The notes under the pieces were generated by a model. It was given only the letters and a program-made list of their open reading frames with translations. It was not told the DNA's origin and did no database searches. 32,000 nt of DNA from Pseudomonadota bacterium (GTDB lineage: Bacteria > Pseudomonadota > Gammaproteobacteria > Burkholderiales > Thiobacillaceae): NCBI GenBank assembly GCA_040754425.1, contig JBFMCR010000004.1, positions 10,898-42,897 on the forward strand, written 5' to 3'. Positions 17,477 through 26,372 of this stretch are shown piece after piece. The position numbers and the translations under genes are program-made. Numbering within the stretch: position 1 is the first letter of the stretch; each line of letters starts with the position of its first letter.

Positions 17477-18943
17477 ATGACTGAAACCGAATTCAACGAC
17501 CTTGCCCGCCACGGCTACAACCGCATCCCGCTTACGCTGGAGATGCCGGCCGACCTCGACACGCCGCTCGCGCTCTACCTCAAGCTTGCCAACGCCCCCT
17601 ATAGCTGCCTGCTGGAATCGGTGGTGGGCGGCGAGCGCTTCGGCCGCTATTCCATCATCGGCCTGCCGGCGCGCACACTGATCCGTGTGCGCCATCACAC
17701 CCTGACCGTGGAGCAGGACGGCGAGATCATGGAGGAATACGAGACCGCCGATCCGCTGGCGTTCATCGAGCAATACCTCGTCCGTTTCAAGGCCGCGCCG
17801 CTCGCGGGCGGCCCGCGCTTTGCCGGCGGGCTGGCCGGCTATTTCGGCTACGACACCATCCGCTACATCGAAAAGCGCCTGGCCAAAGATTTTGATAAGG
17901 CCCGGCCCAGGAAGCCCGACGAAATCAACGCGCCGGACATTCTGCTCATGCTCACCGACGAACTCGCGGTGGTGGACAACCTCTCCGGGCGGCTCACCCT
18001 CATCGTCTATACCGACCCCATGCAGCCCGGCGCCTATGAGGCGTCGCTCGCGCGCCTGAACGCCCACCGCGAGCGGCTGCAATCGCCGCTGACGCCTCCG
18101 AAAGCGCAGGCGGTTGCCGAAGCCGAGGCGGTGTCCGAATTCGGCGAAGACGCCTTCAAGGCCGCCGTGCTCAAGGCCAAGCAGTACATCCGTGACGGCG
18201 ACATCATGCAGGTGGTGTTGTCCCAGCGCATGCGCCGGCCGTTCGCGGCGAGCCCGTTGACACTCTACCGCGCCCTGCGCTCGCTCAACCCCTCGCCCTA
18301 CATGTTCTATTACGACATGGGCAACCACCACGTGGTCGGCTCCTCGCCCGAGATCCTGGTGCGGCGCGAAGGCGACACCGTCACCGTGCGGCCGATCGCC
18401 GGCACGCGACCGCGCGGCCGTGACCGCGAGCACGACCTCGCCCTGGAAAAGGAATTGCTGGCCGACCCCAAGGAATGCGCCGAGCATTTGCAACTGCTGG
18501 ACCTCGGCCGCAACGATCTCGGCCGCGTGGCCCGGATTGGTTCGGTCAGGGTCACAGAGAACATGAGCATAGAGCGCTATTCGCACGTCATGCACATCGT
18601 CTCCAACGTCGAAGGCAGGCTCAGGCCGGGCTTGAGTTCCATGGACGTGCTGCGCGCCACCTTCCCCGCCGGCACCGTGTCCGGCGCGCCCAAGGTGCGC
18701 GCCATGGAAATCATCGACGAACTGGAACCCGTAAAGCGCGGCATCTACGCCGGCGCGGTCGGCTACCTGGGCTTCGACGGCGACATGGATCTCGCCATCG
18801 CCATCCGCACCGCGGTGGTCAAGGACGGCACCCTGTACGTGCAGGCCGGCGCCGGCATCGTCGCCGACTCGGTGCCGGAAAACGAATGGGAAGAAACCCG
18901 CAACAAGGCGCGCGCCGTGGTGCGCGCGGCGGAGTTGTCATAG
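17477..18943 (+). CDS. trpE: Anthranilate synthase component I
   Basis: 488 aa with GYNRIPL...[13 protein letters not shown]-terminus, LESV Trp-feedback motif, and the chorismate-binding core ([25 protein letters not shown]...AGAGIVADS). Confidence 0.95.
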   Translation: MTETEFNDLARHGYNRIPLTLEMPADLDTPLALYLKLANAPYSCLLESVVGGERFGRYSIIGLPARTLIRVRHHTLTVEQDGEIMEEYETADPLAFIEQYLVRFKAAPLAGGPRFAGGLAGYFGYDTIRYIEKRLAKDFDKARPRKPDEINAPDILLMLTDELAVVDNLSGRLTLIVYTDPMQPGAYEASLARLNAHRERLQSPLTPPKAQAVAEAEAVSEFGEDAFKAAVLKAKQYIRDGDIMQVVLSQRMRRPFAASPLTLYRALRSLNPSPYMFYYDMGNHHVVGSSPEILVRREGDTVTVRPIAGTRPRGRDREHDLALEKELLADPKECAEHLQLLDLGRNDLGRVARIGSVRVTENMSIERYSHVMHIVSNVEGRLRPGLSSMDVLRATFPAGTVSGAPKVRAMEIIDELEPVKRGIYAGAVGYLGFDGDMDLAIAIRTAVVKDGTLYVQAGAGIVADSVPENEWEETRNKARAVVRAAELS

Positions 18944-19113
18944 GGTACAGGGTACAGGGTACAGGGTTTGAGCTTCGCGCCTTGATTTGAAATTAATTTG
19001 AGAACTTGCCGCCTCTGACCGCACCTCCCCCGAATCCCGAATCCCGAACCCTGAATCCTGAATCCTGAACCCTGTACCCCGAATCCTGAACCCTGTACCC
19101 CGAATCCCGACCC
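18943..19113. repeat. Heptamer-array/core element, family E copy 3
   Basis: GGGTACA x3, then a core carrying a 13-nt internal insertion (…TTGATTTGAAattaatttgagaaCTTGCCGCCTCTGACCGCACCTCCC), then 12 complementary heptamers (TCCCGAA, CCCTGAA, TCCTGAA, CCCTGTA variants). It spans exactly from the trpE stop to the stop of the convergent regulator gene. Confidence 0.88.
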
Positions 19114-20421
<1,308 letters not shown>

Positions 20422-20435
20422 GATTTCACCTTTCC

Positions 20436-20522
20436 GTATGACATGACTGGTGGGACATTGTCATGACATGCCTGACATGTCAATCGGGATGTTTGGGCGA
20501 TGGGCCCCGAAATGTCATGCAT
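20436..20522. promoter_or_regulatory. Candidate enhancer (UAS) sites for the sigma54 activator
   Basis: Perfect 10-bp palindromes TGTCATGACA (20459-20468) and TGACATGTCA (20473-20482), plus half-site-like TGACATGAC (20439-20447) and TGTCATGC (20513-20520). They lie 20-100 bp upstream of the -24/-12 promoter. Confidence 0.4.
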
Positions 20523-20539
20523 CGCGGGCTTGCTCGGAC

Positions 20540-20555
20540 TGGCACGGCTATTGCT
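20540..20555 (+). promoter_or_regulatory. Sigma54 (-24/-12) promoter for sqr
   Basis: TGGCACggctaTTGCT matches the consensus TGGCAC-N5-TTGC(A/T) exactly. It sits 67 nt upstream of the sqr ATG and next to a bEBP gene. Confidence 0.75.
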
Positions 20556-20621
20556 GTTCAGAGCGCACGCCTGTCAGACAGGCGCATTGCTGACATAACG
20601 AGACACACGGAGAAAACCTGC

Positions 20622-21890
20622 ATGGCACACATTGTCATTCTGGGCGCGGGTATCGGCGGCATGACCATGGCTTATGAAATGCGTGAAAACGCGCGTTCGC
20701 AGGACAAGGTGACTGTCATTTCCAATTTGCCCTATTTCCAGTTCACCCCGTCCAATCCCTGGGTGGCGGTCAACTGGCGCACCCAATCCGACATCACCAT
20801 CCCGGCCGGCCCTTACCTCAACAAAAAAGGCATCGATTTCATCCCGGTAGGTGCCAGGCGCGTGCACCCCGAAAAGAACCAGATCGAACTGGCTGACGGC
20901 AGCGTCGTGGATTATGACTTCCTGGTCATCGCCACCGGCCCCAAGCTGGCTTTCGATGAAGTGGAGGGGCTGGGGCCGGATGGGCACACCCATTCGATCT
21001 GTCAGGTCGAGCATGCCGTCAAGTCCGGCAAGGCCTGGGACGAGTTCGTCAAGGATCCGGGCCACATCGTGGTCGGCGCGGCACAGGGTGCGTCCTGCTA
21101 CGGTCCGGCCTACGAGTTCGCCATGATCATGGACACCGACCTCAAGCGCCGGAAAATCCGCGACAAGGTGCCGATGACTTTCGTCACCGCCGAACCCTAC
21201 ATCGGCCATCTGGGCCTGGGCGGCGTGGGCGATTCCAAGAGCCTGCTGGAGTCGGCCATGCGCGATCGCCACATCAAGTGGATCTGCAACGCCAAGGTGA
21301 CCAAGGTCGAATCCGGCAGGATGTTCGTCGCCGAGCACAACGACAAGGGCGAAGTCATCAAGGAACACGTGCTCGACTTCAAGTACTCCATGATGCTGCC
21401 GGCGTTCAAGGGCATTGACGCGGTGTTCGGCGTGGAAGGTCTCGCCAATCCGCGCGGCTTCATCACCATCGATCCCTACCAGCGCAATCCCAAATTCCAG
21501 AACGTCTTTGCGGTCGGCGTGTGCGTCGCCATTCCGCCGGTCGAAGCCACCCCCGTGCCCACCGGCACGCCCAAGACCGGCTACATGATCGAATCCATGG
21601 TGACCGCCACCGCGCACAACATCCGCGCCGTTCTCGACGGCAAGGAGCCTGCCGAGAAAGCCACCTGGAACGCGGTCTGCCTGGCCGATTTCGGCGACGG
21701 CGGGGCGGCGTTCGTGGCCTTGCCGCAGATTCCGCCGCGCAACGTCAACTGGTTCAAGGAAGGCAAGTGGGTGCATCTGGCCAAGGTGGCCTTTGAAAAA
21801 TATTTCATGCGCAAGATGAAGAAAGGCAGCACCGAGCCACTGTACGAGAAGTATGTGCTGAGCCTCATGGGAGTCAAGAAACTCAAGTGA
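20622..21890 (+). CDS. sqr: Sulfide:quinone oxidoreductase, type I
   Basis: MAHIVILGAGIGGM..YFQFTPSNPWV..IATGPKLAF..HSICQVEHA..GASCYGPAYEF..EPYIGHLG..PKTGYMIESM..WNAVCLADFG..WVHLAKVAFEKYF. As far as I recall, it is colinear with Acidithiobacillus and Aquifex type I SQR, including the conserved Cys positions. Confidence 0.92.
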   Translation: MAHIVILGAGIGGMTMAYEMRENARSQDKVTVISNLPYFQFTPSNPWVAVNWRTQSDITIPAGPYLNKKGIDFIPVGARRVHPEKNQIELADGSVVDYDFLVIATGPKLAFDEVEGLGPDGHTHSICQVEHAVKSGKAWDEFVKDPGHIVVGAAQGASCYGPAYEFAMIMDTDLKRRKIRDKVPMTFVTAEPYIGHLGLGGVGDSKSLLESAMRDRHIKWICNAKVTKVESGRMFVAEHNDKGEVIKEHVLDFKYSMMLPAFKGIDAVFGVEGLANPRGFITIDPYQRNPKFQNVFAVGVCVAIPPVEATPVPTGTPKTGYMIESMVTATAHNIRAVLDGKEPAEKATWNAVCLADFGDGGAAFVALPQIPPRNVNWFKEGKWVHLAKVAFEKYFMRKMKKGSTEPLYEKYVLSLMGVKKLK

Positions 21891-22037
21891 GGCAGCTGCC
21901 CCATCCGGCGGGCTGTGGTGCCGGTCGGGCTTGTTTTCGGAATGACTGAAGGACTTCCCCCGGTACAAGGGGCTGGGCAGGCTTGGCGCCGAAACCGGCG
22001 ACCGAGTCTTCGTTTGTTTGACAAGAAGGAGACAACA

Positions 22038-23393
22038 ATGTCAGAAAGCAATAGCAGGCGCAATTTTCTGAAAATGGGCGGCGCGGTCGCCCTCGCGGGC
22101 ACCGCAGGCGGCATGGCCGTCCTCAGTGGCAATGCCGCGGCGGCGACCCGGAAATCCGCAGTCGGCGGCCGCACGACGGCAAACCTGCCCAAAGCCAGGG
22201 GGCCGCGCCTCGTGATCGTGGGCGGAGGCACCTCGGGACTTACCATCGCCAAATATGCCAAAAAGGAGTATCCCAAGTTCGACGTGGTGCTGGTGGAAAA
22301 GCGTGACATGTACTCGTCCTGCTTCTCCAGCAACCTGTGGTACTCGGGCATCATCAATCTGGAATTCCTGGCCGATCATAGCTTCCTCGATGCGGCACGC
22401 AACAACGGCTATGTCTATTTCAACGCCACGGTTACCGGCCTGGATCGCGCCAGCCGCACCCTGGTCACCAGCGAAGGCGACATCAAGTACGACTTCCTGG
22501 TGGTGGCGCCCGGCATTTCCTACGACTACGAGAAGATCGGCGTCAAGGATGCCGAGACCATGACTGCGCTGCGCCAGACCTTCCCCGGCGGCTTCATCTC
22601 GCCGACCGAGCACGTCACCATCCGCCGCAAGGTGCAGGAATTCGAGGGCGGCGTGTTCGTGCAGACGGTTCCCGGCGGCAATTACCGCTGCCTGCCCGGG
22701 CCTTACGAGCGTGCCTGTATGATCGCTTCCGTCATCAAGAAGAACAGGATCAAGGGCAAGGTGCTGGTGCTCGACGCCAACCCCGATATCACCATCAAGA
22801 AGGACGGCTTCCATGCCGCCTTCAACGAGTTGTACAAGGGCATCATCGAGTACAAGCCGTCTTCCGCGGTGACCGGCGTCGATGTCGGGAAGAAGGTGAT
22901 CAAGACCGAATTCGACACCATTTCCTTCGACGATGCGGCGATCTATTCCAACATCCGTGCCTCGACGCTGATCGAACAACTGGGCCTCATGGACCCCAAG
23001 AGCCCGCAAAAGGAAGCCGCCATCGACCAGTTGCGCTACAGCATCCGTGGCGACGATCGCGTGTTCGTGGCCGGCGACTCGCGTCCGCATCCTTACTCCA
23101 AGAGTGCCAACACCGCCAACACCGAGGGCAAGTACGTCGCCAAGGTGCTGGCCGCGCGCGCCCAGGGCAAGGAATTCGCCTGGTACAGCCCGCGCACCAT
23201 CTGCTATTCCATGGTGAACGCCAACCCGATGGAAGCCATCAGCGTCGATGCCGGCTACGTCCTGAACAAGGAAGGCACGGCCGTCAGCGGCTTCTCGCCC
23301 GACACCAAAACCTTCGAAAACCGCGACGCCGCCAAGGGCCAGGCCACGCTGGAATGGGCGCGCGGCATCTATCGTGACATGTTCGATGCCTGA
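22038..23393 (+). CDS. Periplasmic FccB/SoxF-like flavoprotein (flavocytochrome c sulfide dehydrogenase flavin subunit family)
   Basis: AAGGAG RBS before the ATG. TAT leader SRRNFLKMGGAVALAGTAGG...AAAA and GGGTSG FAD fold. Three Cys sit in FCSD-like contexts: YSSCFSSN (covalent-FAD Cys), YRCLPGPYERA and TICYSMV (redox pair). No CxxCH cytochrome gene is adjacent. Confidence 0.85.
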   Translation: MSESNSRRNFLKMGGAVALAGTAGGMAVLSGNAAAATRKSAVGGRTTANLPKARGPRLVIVGGGTSGLTIAKYAKKEYPKFDVVLVEKRDMYSSCFSSNLWYSGIINLEFLADHSFLDAARNNGYVYFNATVTGLDRASRTLVTSEGDIKYDFLVVAPGISYDYEKIGVKDAETMTALRQTFPGGFISPTEHVTIRRKVQEFEGGVFVQTVPGGNYRCLPGPYERACMIASVIKKNRIKGKVLVLDANPDITIKKDGFHAAFNELYKGIIEYKPSSAVTGVDVGKKVIKTEFDTISFDDAAIYSNIRASTLIEQLGLMDPKSPQKEAAIDQLRYSIRGDDRVFVAGDSRPHPYSKSANTANTEGKYVAKVLAARAQGKEFAWYSPRTICYSMVNANPMEAISVDAGYVLNKEGTAVSGFSPDTKTFENRDAAKGQATLEWARGIYRDMFDA

Positions 23394-23413
23394 GGTTTGT
23401 TGCCGTCCGTTTA

Positions 23414-23442
23414 CGGCCGCCCCTCGAGGCGGCCGCTTTTTG
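23414..23442 (+). terminator. Rho-independent terminator after the fccB-like gene
   Basis: CGGCCGCC-cctcga-GGCGGCCG stem-loop followed by CTTTTTG. Confidence 0.6.
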
Positions 23443-23507
23443 TGGTGCGCATCACGCGGCCTTGCCGTGTGAGGTCGTGCCGGAATTTTGTTTTTCGGAG
23501 TTGAAAC

Positions 23508-24212
23508 ATGGATAGACGCGGCTTTGTGAAAATCTGCGCGGGCAGCGCGGCGCTGGCCCTGAGCGGCCTGGGACGGGAAGTGCTGGCGGGCGATTACGAG
23601 ACCTTCCCGCCGGCAAGGCTCACCGACGGGCAGGGCAATCCGCTCAAGGCAAGTGCGATTCCCTCAGGCGAGGCCATGGTGTTTTCCTACCCGCTTGCCG
23701 GCGTGCCGTGCTTTCTCGTCAATCTGGGTGAACGGCCTGCCGGTGCCGGCACCGCCCTCGAGAACGAAGAAGGCGGCTACACTTGGACGGGCGGAGTCGG
23801 GCCCAAGGCCAACATCGTGGCCTTCGTGGCCATCTGCACCCATCAACTGAGCTATCCGCAGCCGGAAATCAGCTATCTGCGCTATGCCGCCGCCGGCAGC
23901 GAAATCGCCGGCGGCCCCGGCAAGATCGTCTGCTGCGCCCATGCCAGCGTGTTCGACCCGGCCGCGGGCGCGCAAGTCGTGAGCGGCCCGGCGACCATGC
24001 CCTTGCTGCCGGTGCGCCTGGCCCATGACGCGTCCACGGACGAACTGGCCGCGGACGGCATCATGGGCATGGCGTTCATCCAGCGCTTTTTCAAGACATA
24101 CCGGGCCGATCTGAACAGCCGTTACGGTCCCGGCGGCTATCGCCAGGCGGTTGGTGGAACTACAGCCTGCATCCCGCTCAGCCAGTACAGCGGCATCGTT
24201 CCCGCCTGCTGA
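23508..24212 (+). CDS. TAT-exported Rieske [2Fe-2S]-type protein, atypical
   Basis: GGAG RBS and twin-arginine leader MDRRGFVKICAGSAALAL. Candidate cluster ligands are CTH (box I) and CCAHAS (box II, CxxHxS), separated by 29 residues. A C-terminal tail carries 2 more Cys. Confidence 0.65.
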   Translation: MDRRGFVKICAGSAALALSGLGREVLAGDYETFPPARLTDGQGNPLKASAIPSGEAMVFSYPLAGVPCFLVNLGERPAGAGTALENEEGGYTWTGGVGPKANIVAFVAICTHQLSYPQPEISYLRYAAAGSEIAGGPGKIVCCAHASVFDPAAGAQVVSGPATMPLLPVRLAHDASTDELAADGIMGMAFIQRFFKTYRADLNSRYGPGGYRQAVGGTTACIPLSQYSGIVPAC

Positions 24213-24237
24213 TTTATCTGACGGCTTTTGCCTCTTC

Positions 24238-24262
24238 GGGCGCCTTCGGGCGCTCTTTTTTT
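24238..24262 (+). terminator. Weak rho-independent terminator after the Rieske gene
   Basis: GCGCC-ttcg-GGCGC short stem (24240-24253) followed by TCTTTTTTT. Confidence 0.45.
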
Positions 24263-24291
24263 GCCGGCGGGGCGGAGCCCACGACTATAAT
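24261..24291 (+). promoter_or_regulatory. Candidate sigma70 promoter for trpGDC
   Basis: TTGCCG (24261-24266), a 19-nt spacer, then a perfect TATAAT (24286-24291). The spacer is longer than optimal. A CGGCCAC-cca-GTGGCCG hairpin (24302-24318) lies in the leader, with GAAGGA SD before ATG 24339. Confidence 0.3.
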
Positions 24292-24338
24292 TCCGGGTTC
24301 CCGGCCACCCAGTGGCCGAGGCGCCGAAGGACATTTCC

Positions 24339-24908
24339 ATGCTTTTGATGATCGACAACTACGACAGCTTCACCTACAACCTCGTGCAGTATTTCGGCGA
24401 GCTAGGCGAAGACGTGAAGGTGGTGCGCAACGACGAGATCGACCTCGCCGGCGTGGCGGCCATGAAGCCCGACCACATCGTCATCTCGCCCGGACCCTGC
24501 ACGCCCAATGAAGCGGGTATTTCCGTGCCGCTGATCAAGGCATTCGCCGGCAAGGTGCCGCTTTTGGGTGTGTGTCTGGGCCACCAGAGCATCGGCCAGG
24601 CCTTTGGCGGCAGCATCGTGCACGCGAAGGAACTCATGCACGGCAAGACCTCGATGATCCACCACAAGGGCGTCGGCGTGTTCCGTGGCCTGCCCAATCC
24701 CTTCCGCGCCACGCGTTACCACTCGCTGGTGATCGAGCGCGAGTCACTGCCCGACTGCCTCGAGATCACCGCCTGGACCGACGACGATGAGATCATGGGC
24801 GTGCGCCACAAGGAGCTGGCAGTCGAAGGCGTGCAATTCCACCCCGAATCCATCCTCACCGAACACGGCCATGCCATGCTGGCCAATTTCCTGAAGGGGG
24901 CGCGATGA
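24339..24908 (+). CDS. trpG: Anthranilate synthase component II (glutamine amidotransferase)
   Basis: [19 protein letters not shown]..., the GVCLGHQ catalytic Cys motif, and VQFHPES. ATGA overlap with trpD. Confidence 0.93.
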   Translation: MLLMIDNYDSFTYNLVQYFGELGEDVKVVRNDEIDLAGVAAMKPDHIVISPGPCTPNEAGISVPLIKAFAGKVPLLGVCLGHQSIGQAFGGSIVHAKELMHGKTSMIHHKGVGVFRGLPNPFRATRYHSLVIERESLPDCLEITAWTDDDEIMGVRHKELAVEGVQFHPESILTEHGHAMLANFLKGAR

Positions 24909-25924
24909 TCAGCGTGCAGCAGGCGCTCGCCCGTCTGGTCGAGCAGCGCGAAATCTTCCACGACGAAATGCTCTCGCTCATGCGCCGGATCATGAGCGGC
25001 GAACTCACGCCCGCGCAGATCGCCGCCATCGTCATGGGCCTCAGGGTGAAGAAGGAAACCGTGGGCGAGATCGCCGCCGCGGCCCAGGTCATGCGCGAAT
25101 TCGCGGCCAAAGTGCCGATGGCGAATGACGCCAACCTCGTTGACACCTGCGGCACCGGCGGCGACGCCAGCCATACCTTCAACATCTCCACCGCCTCCGC
25201 CTTCGTCGCCGCCGCGGCCGGCGCGCGTGTGGCCAAGCACGGCGGCCGGTCAGTATCTTCCACTACCGGCAGCGCCGACGTGCTGGAAGCCCTGGGCGTG
25301 AACCTCAACCTCACGCCCGAGCAGGTGGGCGCAAGCCTCGACCAGGTCGGCATCGGCTTCATGTTCGCACCCAACTTTCACGCCGCCATGAAGCACGCCG
25401 CGCCGGTACGCAAGGAACTGGGTGTGAGGACGCTCTTCAACATCCTCGGCCCGCTCACCAACCCGGCGGGCGCGCCGCACCAGCTTTTGGGCGTGTTCCA
25501 CCCCGACTTGGTCGGCATCCTGGTGCGCGTGCTGCAGCGCCTCGGCAGCCGTCATGTCATGGTGGTGCATGGCGCCGACGGCATGGACGAGATCACGCTC
25601 ACCGGTGAAACCCTGGTGGGCGAACTCAAGGATGGCGAGGTCTGCGAATACACCATCCATCCGCGCGAGTTCGGTATCGAGGCAGCCGGCATCGAGTCGC
25701 TCAAGGTCTGGGATGCGCAGCAGTCGAAAGACATGCTGCTTTCCGTGCTTGACGGACTGCCCGGCCCCGCGCGCGACATCGTGCTGCTCAATGCCGGTGC
25801 CGCCATCTACGTGTCCGACTGCGCCGCCACCCTGGGCGAAGGCATCGAAAAAGCCCGCAAAGCCATCGACAGCGGCGAGGCGCGGGCGAAACTTGCCGAG
25901 TACGTCAAATACAGCAACCAATAA
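24905..25924 (+). CDS. trpD: Anthranilate phosphoribosyltransferase
   Basis: 339 aa with [36 protein letters not shown] and [11 protein letters not shown] motifs. Confidence 0.95.
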   Translation: MISVQQALARLVEQREIFHDEMLSLMRRIMSGELTPAQIAAIVMGLRVKKETVGEIAAAAQVMREFAAKVPMANDANLVDTCGTGGDASHTFNISTASAFVAAAAGARVAKHGGRSVSSTTGSADVLEALGVNLNLTPEQVGASLDQVGIGFMFAPNFHAAMKHAAPVRKELGVRTLFNILGPLTNPAGAPHQLLGVFHPDLVGILVRVLQRLGSRHVMVVHGADGMDEITLTGETLVGELKDGEVCEYTIHPREFGIEAAGIESLKVWDAQQSKDMLLSVLDGLPGPARDIVLLNAGAAIYVSDCAATLGEGIEKARKAIDSGEARAKLAEYVKYSNQ

Positions 25925-26361
25925 ACAGGGAGGTAAGGGAGGGAATGGAGGAAAGCCTTCGTTATCTGGGCGAACAAATCATCGGTGCCGCGATGCGGGT
26001 GCATACGGCTCTTGGCCCCGGCATGCTGGAGAGTGCATACGAAGTCTGTCTGCACCATGAATTATCCAAATCCGGACTGCGTGTGGCACGTCAAGTCGAT
26101 TTGCCCATCGAATACGACGGGTTGAAAATGGATTCCGGCTATCGGCTTGATCTGGTAGTGGATGACTGTGTGGTGCTTGAATTGAAGGCAGTGGATAAGC
26201 TCACTCCCCTGCATACAGCTCAGTTGATAAGCTATTTAAGGCTTGGGCAGTACCCTGTTGGATATTTGCTCAACTTCAACGTCGTTCACATGAGGGATGG
26301 TATTCGGCGAATCTTGAACAAGCATTTGAATTAACCTCCCGCGCCTCCCATTCCTCCCTGT
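25925..26361 (+). mobile_element. 437-bp inverted-repeat-bounded cassette carrying the GxxExxY gene (family B copy 3, cargo-bearing)
   Basis: Arms ACAGGGAGGTAAGGGAGGGAATGGAGG (25925-25951) and CCTCCCGCGCCTCCCATTCCTCCCTGT (26335-26361) are 21/27 complementary. The ORF start and stop codons lie inside the arms. GC is lower than in the flanks. The same arm types occur without cargo at 15755-15834 and 16581-16660. Mobility is inferred, not shown. Confidence 0.45.
25945..26334 (+). CDS. GxxExxY protein (PD-(D/E)XK nuclease-like, PDDEXK_3 type)
   Basis: 129 aa with a GMLESAY motif near the N-terminus and D...ELK ([16 protein letters not shown]) as in PD-(D/E)XK folds. A/T-ending codons (TTA, AAA, TAT, ATT) are unlike the neighbouring trp genes. 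Confidence 0.85.
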   Translation: MEESLRYLGEQIIGAAMRVHTALGPGMLESAYEVCLHHELSKSGLRVARQVDLPIEYDGLKMDSGYRLDLVVDDCVVLELKAVDKLTPLHTAQLISYLRLGQYPVGYLLNFNVVHMRDGIRRILNKHLN

Positions 26362-26372
26362 TAATAAGAGTT

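Noticed and set aside
21891-22037. A second sigma54 promoter or a terminator between sqr and the fccB-like gene
   Set aside because: TGGCGCcgaaaCCGG and CTGGGCAGGCTTGGC miss the invariant GG-N10-GC spacing. The GGCAGCTGCC palindrome (21891-21900) has no T-tract. sqr and fccB may simply be co-transcribed.
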